Shown piece by piece: positions 21,097 to 32,069 of a stretch of 64,000 bases of DNA; the stretch's first letter is position 1, and the number at the start of each line of letters is the position of its first letter. The stretch lies in the NCBI GenBank assembly GCA_963804165.1, contig CAWDPO010000040.1:1-64000 (forward strand). The letters run 5' to 3'. A program made the position numbers and the translations under genes. The notes beneath the pieces are model-generated. The model searched no databases. It was not told where the DNA came from and saw nothing but the letters and a program-made list of their open reading frames with translations. The stretch is from an uncultured delta proteobacterium. GTDB taxonomy: Bacteria; Desulfobacterota; Binatia; UBA9968.

Positions 21097-21370
21097 ATGT
21101 TCCAATGATCGGAGTGAAACGTCAGAGCATCGCAATCTCGTGACGCTCGCTCTGAGTGGTCGCATTCAGGCCGAGGAACTGCCGGAACTGAAAAGGGTCA
21201 TGGAAAACTATAGTAAGCAACTGGTTCTCGATTTGACAGGCGTTAAGCTCGTCGATCGAGACGTAATCACATTTCGTAGCGGATTGCGAAATAGATAACG
21301 GCAGAATCACGAACTGTCCGAGCTACATCCGTGAATGGATTCGCAGTGAACAGGCGGAACGGCAGAGCCG
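21097..21370 (+). pseudogene. Small STAS-like protein, disrupted; paralog of 23388..23648
   Basis: LVTLALSGRIQ...VLDLTGVKLVDRD, then a shift to ITNCPSYIREWI. Confidence 0.7.
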
Positions 21371-21375
21371 ATGCA

Positions 21376-21526
21376 ATGCACCACGCGAGATCAATTTTCA
21401 TAGCTCTATTTTTGACCGGCAGTCTCGCGGGCGCATGGCCGGCCAGCGCACCGAACATAATTCGTCGCCATCGGCCAGGAGCCCTGAAGTTAACCTAATA
21501 CGGCAAGTTGCGATGACGCTCGCGGC
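21376..21526 (+). pseudogene. 5' remnant of the secreted-protein family at 28260 and 33863
   Basis: DNA closely matches the start of 33863..34390. Confidence 0.7.
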
Positions 21527-21649
21527 CGGTTTGTGGGACTTTATTATTCCTCATTCACTCCGAGGTGGCACGTCTAAGACGAAAAGTTTATAAGGGAAAC
21601 CGCTTCATGTGATTGTTCCCAAGGTTTTGCGAAAACTGTCCCTCTTTGA

Positions 21650-22975
21650 TCACACGAGTTCCGGACCCGCAATGGTCATGGGCAGGAAATCCCAGTATGT
21701 GACGAAGTCGTTCATCCACGTGACAAGGCTCGTATTGCCGTCCTGGGATATCACGGTAGCAAGCATATCCGGAATCTCTTTGCAGAGGTGATAGGCCGCA
21801 AGATGGCGGGTGCCAACACCTTCAGCCCGCTCATATACCCTCTGTTCTCCTTCCGCGTCTATGGCGCGTGCAATGATCTCTTCTTTGCTAAAGGTGCCCT
21901 TTATTACTGCTCCAAAGCCGACGAGATCAAGCCCCCTGGTTAAAATGACCGCTCCGTCAACTGTCGCCAAATTGGCGATCAAACGCGCGCACTCGAAGAG
22001 GGCCTCATCAAGTTCCAGAAGCGTATTTTTACTGGCGGCAACGTACTCGCTCCATCCGACAACTTTCCCGGGGTCTTTGGATGACCCGTAGTGCTTTGCG
22101 AGTTCGTTCATTATGCCGACTGTCAGCCAGCGCAACCGTCGCACAGGCTCTTCGTCTTTGAATATATACTTTATGAAGACATACGGATTGGGAGACGTTA
22201 TCCTCTGAATTAGGCTGGGCGGGAACAAAATGATGATCCCTCCATGCTTCATGTTTCTGATGCTGCTAATTATCCGCTTGATGACCTGCTCATAAAGTCT
22301 CGCAACAAAACTCTCACTTATAGTCGCCCAGGCTATGTCCGCGTCAGGCCGGCTTCTGATATGCATCTCCATAATTTCCTTATGGACGCTTTCCACCCGC
22401 CTTGTTAACCATCGTGAATGCAAAACATTCGTAGAAGGCATTGTTATGCGGCCCGCGCTCAATTGCGCGAGTATGTTTGACCCACGGTAAGCCCTTATGC
22501 TGCCCGGTCCAGTAATATCCAGGACAAGAGAATCAGGCATGGGCATAATTATTTTGCTGCCGCCCTGGAACGCCTGTATCCAGCGGGTTCCCGAGTTAAT
22601 CAATCCCCATATCTGCAGACCTTTCGCAGGATCGTGACAGACACCGATGAGCGAGCTTTCGAATTCAGAGGCGGGGCTCAATTTCAGCAATTCGTATTCA
22701 TGGAAAGCACGTGGCTCCCTGAAAACAATTCTGAGAAATCCGTAAGGAGGGCCGAGTTCAGGAGGAAACTCTGAGAGATCACAAAGGGCTATCCTGAAAC
22801 GCAGAGAGCTCAGTTCCTCACTCATCATGCTCACCTGATAGCAGGTCGATATGAGATACTCGAGAACCTCACCATCAGGCAGCTTGTTGTATCTCTTAGA
22901 GGGTTCGCTCTCCGAAAAATTGTCCCAGAGTCTCAGAATCTCTTCAGATAAGTGATGTGGATACGCGTGTTTCAT
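21650..22975 (-). CDS. DisA_N-type diadenylate cyclase with N-terminal sensor domain (DACNV-like)
   Basis: VDGAVIL, GFGA, GVGTRHLAA and ISQDG motifs at the C-terminus. Confidence 0.75.
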   Translation of the reverse strand: MKHAYPHHLSEEILRLWDNFSESEPSKRYNKLPDGEVLEYLISTCYQVSMMSEELSSLRFRIALCDLSEFPPELGPPYGFLRIVFREPRAFHEYELLKLSPASEFESSLIGVCHDPAKGLQIWGLINSGTRWIQAFQGGSKIIMPMPDSLVLDITGPGSIRAYRGSNILAQLSAGRITMPSTNVLHSRWLTRRVESVHKEIMEMHIRSRPDADIAWATISESFVARLYEQVIKRIISSIRNMKHGGIIILFPPSLIQRITSPNPYVFIKYIFKDEEPVRRLRWLTVGIMNELAKHYGSSKDPGKVVGWSEYVAASKNTLLELDEALFECARLIANLATVDGAVILTRGLDLVGFGAVIKGTFSKEEIIARAIDAEGEQRVYERAEGVGTRHLAAYHLCKEIPDMLATVISQDGNTSLVTWMNDFVTYWDFLPMTIAGPELV

Positions 22976-23264
22976 GAAAATGACGCAATCGACCACCCGT
23001 CACTGCGGTTAATGGCTCTTCGCCGCCGAAACGGCTAACGACATCGTTTCTGTTCAGCTTGAGTCCACTCCATTGGAGGTCTGCCGGCAGCACAACGACC
23101 GAGCGGTCGTTTGCTTTATAGTTAGAACCAGGTACCTCCATGATGTCTGCCATTCGACTATGTCTTCTGGAGAGTCGTAAGGCAAGTCTTTCGAATCACG
23201 CCCCGATTTACGCGAAGCAACTGTTACAGTTCCGTTTCATTCTCCCGCCTCCCGCCAAAGCAAA

Positions 23265-23361
23265 TCATTTTCACGAAACTCGTAAATTTACGAGTGCTCG
23301 ACAGTCCACAGTCAGCAGAATCGTCGATGTATCAACTGGTTGCGATTGGCATTTACATTGC
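23265..23361 (+). promoter_or_regulatory. Sigma54 promoter module 2
   Basis: Perfect palindrome ACTCGTAAATTTACGAGT at 23278-23295; IHF consensus TATCAA-CTGG-TTG at 23330-23342; TGGCAT-TTACA-TTGC at 23347-23361. Confidence 0.85.
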
Positions 23362-23387
23362 GCAACAAAACGACGGACGCGCAAATC

Positions 23388-23648
23388 ATGCTGAGGATTC
23401 AAGAATTAGATAGTGGGGATTTGGTGACGATCGTTCTGAGCGGTCGAATACAGAAAGAGGATTTGGGGGAGCTAAAAAGTCTCGTGGAAAAGCACCACAA
23501 GTCCGTCGTTCTCGATCTGGAAGGAGTCAAGCTCGTTGATCGAGACACAGTGGGGTTTCTGGTGAGTTTTGAAACCGACCAGACAAAGATCACCAATTGC
23601 CCCGCTTATATCCGTGAATGGATTCGCAGAGAACGGGGCCAGCAATAA
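23388..23648 (+). CDS. Small STAS-like protein
   Basis: LSGRI...VVLDLEGVKLVDRD...NCPAYIREWI. Confidence 0.75.
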   Translation: MLRIQELDSGDLVTIVLSGRIQKEDLGELKSLVEKHHKSVVLDLEGVKLVDRDTVGFLVSFETDQTKITNCPAYIREWIRRERGQQ

Positions 23649-24399
23649 GGGACCAGTTAGTGTGAACTTCAGTGACCAAGGCGTTTCCGCAGCGCATGAT
23701 TCAAAGCAAGCGTTACTGCTGTTTAGGGCCTTTTAAACGACACGGAGATGTCAGGCTAAACGGGGTGAATAGCACCCGAATGAAATTCCGGGGAGGTTGA
23801 TGCAATGAACCGCCGATCCTATGGCTACTTGGTTAGGGCGCTTAATGAGTTTGCCTCATTGGCCGCCCAATGTCGTTCGAAGGATCTCCTCCATCCGGTA
23901 CCGGCAAAAGTTCCAATCCCGATGGACCGCCTATCGAGGAAATCCCGTGCATTCTGCCGACGCTCAGCCCGAATCACGCGTCGCGTGATGCAGAACGAGC
24001 AGCTTTAGCATTGTCGAAAAAAATACCAATGACAATGTGCAATGCTGAAAAACAAGAGCCGTACGAGCCGCGATTCTTCCGGCTGTTTGCTGGCGCTTCT
24101 TGCGGATCTTTTCTTCAGCTTGCGAAAATAAATTTCAAAGTTCGACAACAAGGGTCGATCCGACTGTTCCAATCGGTGTTCAGTGCATCGGTGATTTCTA
24201 AAATGTTGCGAGTTCATCGGGATCGACAATGCCGCAAAAATCCTGGCCGAAATCAGAAGAATTCGTTAGCAAGGCAATGAGGACTGGTATGAAGAGAACG
24301 CCTGAGATTTACAGGTCGAAATACTCGCTGCGCGCGCGCTTGGTTCTGGCGGGTGCGATTGCGCTTTTTGGCTTGGCTTGCGCGAACCCCGCAGCGCGA

Positions 24400-24598
24400 A
24401 CTACTCGTAACGGCGCTGCAGGATCGAAAACGTCTAGCCTATAGAAGGTACCAGGGCGGTGTCGATACCATGCTCAACGCCCTTAATGCGGACCAGGATT
24501 TATTTGAGGCCGAGTTGAGTTTGGCTCAAGCCAGGCGCGACGAGCTGCTTTCCGCCGTACAGCTCTACAGGGCGCTCGGCGGCGGTTGGCTGGAATGA
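24400..24598 (+). pseudogene. C-terminal fragment of a TolC/NodT-family efflux outer-membrane factor
   Basis: RYQGGVDTMLNALNADQDLFEAEL...LYRALGGGW. Confidence 0.75.
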
Positions 24599-24696
24599 AA
24601 CGAATGAAAAAAGGCGTCGAGAATAAAAAGAAGCGGGGTCGAGAGCCTGAGAAAAGATTCTCGACCAGCGCGTATCCCCGAGAGAAAGAATTTCTC

Positions 24697-26157
24697 ATGG
24701 ACCAACCCAACAACAATCAGCACAAAATTGAACGCGCGGCTGTTGGCTACCCCCGCGGTGAGAAAACGCGGATCCTCATTTTGGGCGGTGGATTCGCTGG
24801 CGTGGATGCCGCACGGTACCTCGATCGGGCCATAGCTAAGCGGGCCAATGTCGAAGTGACGCTTGTCAGCAGAGATAACTTCACTCTCTTCACCCCGATG
24901 CTTCACGAGGTGGTAGCCGGCGATCTTGAGCCCGTTGACATCTGCAATCCTCTTCGCAAGTTGCTTCGGCACGTTACGGTTCTGAGTGGAGAGGTCAAAA
25001 CGATCGATCTCTCCGCCCGTCGAGTGACGATCTCCTACGGCCTCAGGGAGCTTAAACGAGATTTGCCGTTTGATTACCTTGTTCTGGCGCTTGGATCGGA
25101 GACGAACTACTTGGGAATCCCGGGCGTGGCCGAACATGCGCTGGGCATAAAGACGATCAGCGATGCGTTCATGCTTCGGTCTGCAGTACTCGCAATGCTG
25201 GAAGCGGCCAGTGTCGAAGCCGATCCCGAGCGGCGGAAGCGGATGCTCACCTTCGTTGTTGCGGGCGGTGGTTTCGCCGGCGTCGAGACCGTGGGCGCCA
25301 TAAACGATCTCGCTCGGGAGAGCCTGCACCATTACGGCGGCATTGATCCGCTCAAAGTGCGGGTTCTCTTGATCCACGGCGGCCCGGTCATCCTCCCTGA
25401 ACTCGGCGAAGCACTTGGTCTGTACGCGCAGGAGAAACTTCGAAAGCGCCAGGTCGAGATCAAGGTCAAAACTAAAGTTGTGGCGTACTCGGATGGAGCG
25501 GTGCACTGCGATGACGGCGAAGTGATTCCTGCAGACATGTTGGTCTGGGCCGGCGGTGTTGCCCCGGGTCCCATCCTTAAAGACACGCCATTCGAACTGC
25601 ATCGGGGGCGGGTTGTCGTGGACTCCACTCTGGAAGTCCCCGGTTTTCCGGGGGTGTGGGCGGTGGGCGACTGCGCAGCGATCATCGATCCAACTTCAAA
25701 GCATGCCTACCCTCCAACCGCCCAACATGCTGTTCGTGAGGGCCGGCAAGCTGCTAAGAACATCTGCGCCCGCTTGAAAGGTAAACGAGCAACTCCCTTC
25801 GTCTACAAGGCGCCCGGGCAGCTTGCATCGATCGGCCGGCGCACCGGTGTTGCCAGGATCTCGGGGCTCAACTTTTCCGGCGTTATCGGGTGGGTGCTGT
25901 GGCGGACCGTTTACCTGATGAAATTGCCTAGGCTCGAGAAAAAGATCCGTGTCGGACTTCGATGGGCGCGGGAACTGGTCCTTGAGCGAGACATCGCCCA
26001 GTACATCAACCCGCGCGAATTGAGTCGGTCTATCGGTTATTGGAGACAGCGCGGCAACTCCATGCGGCGCCATCGCCAAAAGTTTTCGCCGCAGAACCGC
26101 GGCATGTTGGTTCTGAAAGAATCGCATCGTGACTCTTGGCGCGCGACCACCGTCTAG
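24697..26157 (+). CDS. ndh: Type II NADH:quinone oxidoreductase
   Basis: Two GGGFAG Rossmann motifs, FTPMLHEV, WAVGDCA, PPTAQHA. Confidence 0.88.
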   Translation: MDQPNNNQHKIERAAVGYPRGEKTRILILGGGFAGVDAARYLDRAIAKRANVEVTLVSRDNFTLFTPMLHEVVAGDLEPVDICNPLRKLLRHVTVLSGEVKTIDLSARRVTISYGLRELKRDLPFDYLVLALGSETNYLGIPGVAEHALGIKTISDAFMLRSAVLAMLEAASVEADPERRKRMLTFVVAGGGFAGVETVGAINDLARESLHHYGGIDPLKVRVLLIHGGPVILPELGEALGLYAQEKLRKRQVEIKVKTKVVAYSDGAVHCDDGEVIPADMLVWAGGVAPGPILKDTPFELHRGRVVVDSTLEVPGFPGVWAVGDCAAIIDPTSKHAYPPTAQHAVREGRQAAKNICARLKGKRATPFVYKAPGQLASIGRRTGVARISGLNFSGVIGWVLWRTVYLMKLPRLEKKIRVGLRWARELVLERDIAQYINPRELSRSIGYWRQRGNSMRRHRQKFSPQNRGMLVLKESHRDSWRATTV

Positions 26158-26467
26158 GTTCCGCCACTCTTGGGGCGCTTGACTGCGCCAATGAGGCTCC
26201 ATCTGCGGCTGAATTGAGCTTGGCTTGGCGCAAGCCAGGCGCGACGAGCCATGAAAAATTCACGCGATTACAAAAGTCCAATCGAACTCCCCGACTCATT
26301 CACCGTGTAGCAGCAACTTCGCTTTCCAAATCTTTCGGAACTCCTCCTAAGCTTTTCGGCATGACTCTGGACAGACCGTTCGGCTTTGCTCTGGAGACCT
26401 TGCCGAACTACCAACGGTTGATGTGAATCAGCTGTTGCAGTTTGGTTTCACCTCGCGCCGAAGCATT

Positions 26468-26565
26468 TCACTTTTCACGAGGATCGTAAATTTACGAGTG
26501 GCTCGCCACTCTGCAGTTGCGGAATCGTCGATTTATTAACCGCTTGCGATTGGCATTTACCTTGC
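26468..26565 (+). promoter_or_regulatory. Sigma54 promoter module 3
   Basis: GATCGTAAATTTACGAGT at 26482-26499; TGGCAT-TTACC-TTGC at 26551-26565. Confidence 0.8.
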
Positions 26566-26972
26566 GCAAGAAGACTTCTCGATTGTCAAGCGATGGAGGA
26601 ACAACCATGAAAGCCGAAGCACTTCCGCCGATCTCAAACGCACCGGAGACTCTGCCTCCGCAAAATGACGATCCGTTGCCCTACATCATTCATTCGATGA
26701 ACGATCGGTTCTCCATGGCATCAACGTTGTTGTTCCAAAAGCAACGAAGGAGAAGACGATTGAAATTTATCGGGTGTTGGTTTTCCTCAGTGCGTTTGTA
26801 TTCGAACCAGGTCTACCGGCCTCGGTGAAGCCTGTAAGTTTGTGGCACAAGTAAGCAGCTCCATAAGGAACCGGAGACTCAAAGACGCAATGAGTCGCGG
26901 ATTGAGCGACTAATGTTTTCTGTCTGTTGGCATACAAGTGATTTGCGCATGACAGGGCGAAACGGAGATTAA

Positions 26973-28178
26973 ATGTATTCACGGGCTAGCATTGTCAGAG
27001 ATGTAATCGCGTTCGCAGTGGTTCTATCGCTGCTTGGCGGATGCTCGAGTGAAGAGCGCAGGTTATCTAACGTAGTGCCGTCTTATGCTTCACTGCCAAA
27101 TGGCCGTGACCCAATGAATCCTAACGAAGATTCTGCCCTCGGGAAACGTTTCTTGAAGGGCCTGTTTCCTACTTTGCAGGATCAGTATGCACGACCACTA
27201 AACATCCTGGAGATTTCCGGCGGTGGCCCCTACGGGGCCTTTGGATCGGGGGTACTTGTAGGTTGGGCCGAAACAGGGACGCGACCGAAGTTTGATATCG
27301 TGACTGGGATTAGTGCCGGAGCCTTACTTTCGACGTTCGCGTTCCTCGGTGAACCCGAAGACGATGCCGTAATTGCGGACTTCTTCACGGGTATGAAAAA
27401 AGACGATGTATCTCCGAAAGCGGGAGGTTTCCTACGGTTCGTGTTCGGCGATAATTCCTTGATGGATAACAAGCCCCTCATCGAGAGGTTACGAAAGTTG
27501 ATTACCGAGAAGACGCTTGACAGGGTCGCCGCGGAGGCACGCAAGGGCCGCTTGCTTTTCGTGGGATTAGTCAACCTCGATTATCGCCAGCTCTGGGCGT
27601 TTGACCTCACCGGGCTCGCGGCATCGGGTGAAGCGGATGCGTTGGAGACTTATCGTAAAATTCTTCTGGCATCAGCTTCGCCCCCGTTAATCTTTCCGCC
27701 AGTAGAGATCAACGGCTCCCTCTTCGCTGATGGAGGGACTCGGGATCGTCTGTTGGTCGCAGGCCTCGGTGGACGTGAGGCGGGATCTTCGTCGCCCGCG
27801 ACTTCCGATGGCGGAACGTTCTATGTTCTCTTCAATGACCAAGCGCATTCTGTAGCAAGAGCCATAAAGCCCGACATCAAAGGCGTCATCAGCAGTGCCC
27901 TTCAAACGATGATGGGCGCCAATATGGAGGCGACGCTACTAGGCGCATACGTAGCCGCCCAAGCGAACGGCTATCAGTTCAAGCTGATGAATATCCCCGA
28001 TAGCGTTCAGCTCGGACCCGATTCTTTTGACTTCGACCCCGAAATAATGAAGGTGCTTTTCGAGAAGGGGCGCGAGCTTGGACGGAATCCGAGCTCGTGG
28101 GTAGCGGCGCCCTCCCCTGGCCAGAATGCGTCTCCATGGGTCATCAAATTGCTATCTGAACTGCGGCGTGAGCGGTAA
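26973..28178 (+). CDS. Patatin-like phospholipase lipoprotein
   Basis: Lipobox LGGC; SGGGPYGAF, GISAG and DGG motifs. Confidence 0.88.
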   Translation: MYSRASIVRDVIAFAVVLSLLGGCSSEERRLSNVVPSYASLPNGRDPMNPNEDSALGKRFLKGLFPTLQDQYARPLNILEISGGGPYGAFGSGVLVGWAETGTRPKFDIVTGISAGALLSTFAFLGEPEDDAVIADFFTGMKKDDVSPKAGGFLRFVFGDNSLMDNKPLIERLRKLITEKTLDRVAAEARKGRLLFVGLVNLDYRQLWAFDLTGLAASGEADALETYRKILLASASPPLIFPPVEINGSLFADGGTRDRLLVAGLGGREAGSSSPATSDGGTFYVLFNDQAHSVARAIKPDIKGVISSALQTMMGANMEATLLGAYVAAQANGYQFKLMNIPDSVQLGPDSFDFDPEIMKVLFEKGRELGRNPSSWVAAPSPGQNASPWVIKLLSELRRER

Positions 28179-28259
28179 GCAACGAGAAGCAAACCAGGTG
28201 GGGCGTGATTTAAAGTGTTGGGCCGCAGTCAAGCCAGGCTAAGCAGACGAGGAAGCGCA

Positions 28260-28788
28260 ATGCACCACGCGAGATTATTTTTGACGTTTCTCTTTATGGT
28301 CGTCAGTCTGGCTGGCGCAACGACGTCCATCGCAGCTGAAGATACTTCGCCGCCGTCGGCCATGAGCCACGAAGTTAACGTGCTGCGGCAAGTTGCGATT
28401 GCGCTCGCGGCAGGGAGTGACGCTATACAGGATCTCCGCGGTCCGCCGATTGAGAATTCTAACCTGGACCGGCTCAAGCTTGCCACGCCAGGAATGGATT
28501 GCGGCATTGCTCGATCCCTTATTTTTGTCTCATGCCACAGCACTTGGTTCAAGAACAAAAAAGAAGCCGAGGCTATGTTCGCCCGAATGATTGCTGATGC
28601 GCAAGCCGCCTTGCCGTCCGATAGCTGGGAACAGGTTGAAGCGGTACCTTACTTCTGGGTTGATCCGGAGTATCAAGTATAACAATTGGAAGTCCGGCGC
28701 GCATATCGACGTCGACTTACTGGCTCAACCCACAGGGGAAGCACAACCTGTGTACTGCGTAAGAGTTTTCGGATGGCCGCGCTTTTAA
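28260..28788 (+). CDS. Secreted hypothetical protein (frameshift near 28655); paralog of 33863..34390
   Basis: Signal peptide; near-identical DNA to the 33.9-kb copy. Confidence 0.65.
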
Positions 28789-29228
28789 ACACCGACTCAC
28801 ACTACAAAACCGGAACTCTATGGTTGCAAATCTATCGAACCTCGTGGGTCGAGCAACCGACATCCGCCTACAAAGGTGAACAAATGAAAATCTATACCTT
28901 GCTCGGTGTTCTCTTGTTGATTTTCGTCGGTTGCAAGCACTTCGAATCCAGACACTCGACATCCACAGGGACCGGGGTGATCTGCAAGCCCCAGTGCAGC
29001 GAGCAACAAATAAACGAGCTGGCAGAGCCGATATTCTGACGCGCCAGATTAGTCGTAAAGCTGTCAGCGAGTCACAGCATGCTTACGTGAGAGTCAACAT
29101 CCGGCGATTCAGTCAATCCCGTTCGATCTAGCTGAGCGCGACGACATTAAGCATGACCTACTCGCAGGCAGACACGATCTTGCCGGCGACAGTAAACGGC
29201 GGAACAGCAAGTTAGAAAGGATCACGCG

Positions 29229-29716
29229 GTGAAAGCACAAAACCAAAAAAGCTCCCGGTTCGCGGGACTGATGGACTCGGAACTGGCCAAGCTGATTCAA
29301 CAGTACGGTTGCGGCCCTGTGCGGTTTACGGGAACCGACGAGGCGCTTTACGAACGCCATCTCGGTCTCACGGCGGAGCAGGTGGCCGGCAGCCGTGGTT
29401 GGTATAACCCGCACTGGCACTACGAGAACGAGCCGGAAACCCGCGCTGCGCTGGACCTGATTTTTTCCAATCACTTTAGCCGCAATGAGCCGGGTATTTT
29501 CGAGCCGCGCGATGCTTTGCTGACGCACGACGATTATTACATGCATCTCGCCGATCTGAGGTCGTAGCTCCAAGCGGATGGACGCTTGTGCCAGCTCTAC
29601 GCGGACTCGGTCGGCTGGGCGCGGAAAGCGATTTTGAATATTGCCGGATCGGAAAAATTCTCCAGCGACCGAACGATTGCCGAATATGCGAAACAGATCT
29701 GGAACGTAAAGCCATG
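29229..29716 (+). pseudogene. glgP: glgP duplicate with about 2 kb deleted internally
   Basis: First ~45 codons of glgP joined ([13 protein letters not shown]) to its last ~120 codons. Confidence 0.9.
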
Positions 29717-30013
29717 CCTGATCAAATGATGGCAGGAAATTCCAAATCAGAATTGCAAACCATAAGACGGTTCGTAGCGTGCTGCAGGCGACGAATCAAG
29801 GAGTCCCGCTCGGAAAGTGGCCTTGGCTTACGACGTGTTGTGATCGGCAACGGGTCGTAAAAATTCGTGATCAGGTGCGATCAATCTGAGGGAGCGGCCA
29901 TCCGAATAGGGAACAGTGGGAGCTGAAAAGCGTAAAACTTCGTTGGGGCTTGTGGAAAAAACCGCAACAGGCGTTTGTCGCCTGGAACGGCAGGGCAAAT
30001 ACAAACGGTTGTT

Positions 30014-31147
30014 ATGACTGAGGAATGCAATTTTTTGTCAGTTAGGCGACGAGATTCCGAGCTTGCGATCCGGATGTCGGGTACGTGGCAACTGCAACAC
30101 GGCCTCCCCTCTATCAACGTCGTCAAGAGCGAAATAGAGTCCTTTCCTCAGCCCAAGTTAGTTCTGTTCGATACTCAAGAGCTGGCCGATTGGGACAGTA
30201 GCATCGTCTGGTTTCTGACAAAAGTATCCGAGCTTTGTCGCGAGCGAGGCGTCCCCATTGATCGGGGTAAACTGCCGAAGGGACTTCGCCGGCTGGTGGA
30301 GCTGGCCGAGGCCGTCCCTGAAAAAAAGGGAGTGAGAAGAGACTTGGTCGTGAAATCCATTCCCGAACGTATTGGTAACCGCGCCATCGATAGCATTTCG
30401 TCCATTACCGCCGCAATCAACTTTCTGGGAGACATGATCCTTACTTTTATTAAGCTCCTGCCAGGAAAAGTCCGGTTCCGAGCGGTGGATGTGCTTTCCT
30501 TCATTCAACAGAGCGGCCCCCAGGCGCTGCCGATTGTCACTCTCATCAGCTTCCTCGTGGGCGTCATTCTCGCCTTTATTGGGGCGGTGCAACTGCGGCG
30601 ATTCGGGGCTCAGATCTATGTTGCTGACCTCGTTGGGATCGCCATTGTTCGTGAGATGGGCGCGGTGATGACGGGAATCATCATGGCGGGTCGCACGGGA
30701 GCTGCGTTTGCGGCCCAGCTCGGCACGATGAAGGTAACCCAGGAAATCGATGCCTTCACGACTATTGGTTTGCGAGCGCAGGAATTTCTCGTCTTGCCCC
30801 GTGTGATCGCGCTCGTCTTGATGATGCCTCTGCTTTGTCTGTACTCAGACCTGGTCGGGATCTTGGGCGGCGCCGCAGTTGGCACTGGGATGCTGAGCAT
30901 CTCCTGGACGACCTATCTTCACGAGACCAGGAAAGCAATTACTTTGGGCCACGTTTTCGGCGGGGTTTTCAAAAGCACGATCTATGGGGTGCTGATCGCG
31001 CTTTCCGGCTGCTTACGCGGACTGCAGTGCGGGAAGAGCTCCTCGGCTGTTGGCGATGCAGCCACGTCGGCGGTCGTCACGGGAATCGTAGCCATCGTCG
31101 CGGCATGCGGCGTTTTTGCCGTCATCTTTTATGTTTTAGGCATCTGA
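30014..31147 (+). CDS. mlaE: MlaE-family ABC permease with N-terminal STAS
   Basis: REMGAVMTGIIMAGRTGAAFAAQLGTMKVTQEIDA; LPRV. Confidence 0.9.
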   Translation: MTEECNFLSVRRRDSELAIRMSGTWQLQHGLPSINVVKSEIESFPQPKLVLFDTQELADWDSSIVWFLTKVSELCRERGVPIDRGKLPKGLRRLVELAEAVPEKKGVRRDLVVKSIPERIGNRAIDSISSITAAINFLGDMILTFIKLLPGKVRFRAVDVLSFIQQSGPQALPIVTLISFLVGVILAFIGAVQLRRFGAQIYVADLVGIAIVREMGAVMTGIIMAGRTGAAFAAQLGTMKVTQEIDAFTTIGLRAQEFLVLPRVIALVLMMPLLCLYSDLVGILGGAAVGTGMLSISWTTYLHETRKAITLGHVFGGVFKSTIYGVLIALSGCLRGLQCGKSSSAVGDAATSAVVTGIVAIVAACGVFAVIFYVLGI

Positions 31148-31182
31148 GGATAAGGCAAGGATAAAGGACAAAATCTGGGAAT

Positions 31183-31263
31183 CACCGCAGAGACGCCAGA
31201 GGACGCGGAGATGATCTTATTCGCGAGTTTTCGGCTCTGGAGTTCTTCAGCGCCTCTACGGTG
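31183..31263. repeat. Imperfect palindromic intergenic repeat (REP-like)
   Basis: CACCGCAGAGACGCCAGAGGAC...GTTCTTCAGCGCCTCTACGGTG. Confidence 0.45.
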
Positions 31264-31277
31264 TCTATTGCAATTAG

Positions 31278-32069
31278 ATGAATACCCTGAGCGCACCACC
31301 AAACGGGTCGAATCACGTAGCGGCTATCACCGTGGAGCATCTGACGATGGCCTATGACAGCTTTGTTCTGATGCGAGACCTCAATTTCGCGGTCAACCAT
31401 GGTGACGTGTTTATCATTATGGGTGGCAGTGGCTCCGGGAAAAGCACGCTGCTTCGACACCTGATTGGACTCAACGAACCAGCGGCCGGCGAGATCTTCT
31501 ACGGGGACGAAAACTTCACAAAGGCTGATCCCCCCAAAAGGCGGGAGATCATGAGCCGCATGGGCGTGCTGTTTCAGAGCGGGGCGCTATGGAGCTCCAT
31601 GAGCCTCGCGGAAAATGTAAGCCTACCCCTCGGGGAGTATACCGACCTTCGGCCTGCTGAAGTGCGCGAGATCGCCTCGTTAAAACTCGCGCTTGTCGGT
31701 CTTAAAGGTTTCGAAGACTATTATCCATCCGAGATCAGCGGCGGTATGCAGAAACGCGCCGGCCTCGCCCGAGCCATGGCACTTGATCCCGAGATCCTGA
31801 TGTTGGACGAGCCTTCGGCCGGACTCGATCCGATCACTGCCCGCCTGCTCGATGACCTGATCCTCGAGATCCGCGACAATCTGCGTGCGACCATCGTTGT
31901 CGTCACACATGAGCTTGCGAGTATTTTCAGGATCGCCAACAACTGCGTATTTCTCGACGCCGAAAGCGCAACGATGATTGCCCACGGCGATCCCAAGGAA
32001 CTTCTGGCTCATTCACAAGATTCTAGGGTCCGGCGGTTTTTGAGCGGCGGGGAAGAGGAAAGAGTATGA
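31278..32069 (+). CDS. mlaF: MlaF-family ABC ATPase
   Basis: GGSGSGKS, ISGGMQKRAGLARA, LDEPSAGLDP. Confidence 0.9.
   Translation: MNTLSAPPNGSNHVAAITVEHLTMAYDSFVLMRDLNFAVNHGDVFIIMGGSGSGKSTLLRHLIGLNEPAAGEIFYGDENFTKADPPKRREIMSRMGVLFQSGALWSSMSLAENVSLPLGEYTDLRPAEVREIASLKLALVGLKGFEDYYPSEISGGMQKRAGLARAMALDPEILMLDEPSAGLDPITARLLDDLILEIRDNLRATIVVVTHELASIFRIANNCVFLDAESATMIAHGDPKELLAHSQDSRVRRFLSGGEEERV

Noticed and set aside
23033-23128. GGCTAAC...GTTAGAAC as an integron attC beside the cyclase gene
   Set aside because: The R boxes are not fully complementary, no L-box pairing is visible, and there is no integron integrase.
26928-26946. TGGCATACAAGTGATTTGC as a further sigma54 promoter
   Set aside because: Spacing between GG and GC is not the required 10 nt.
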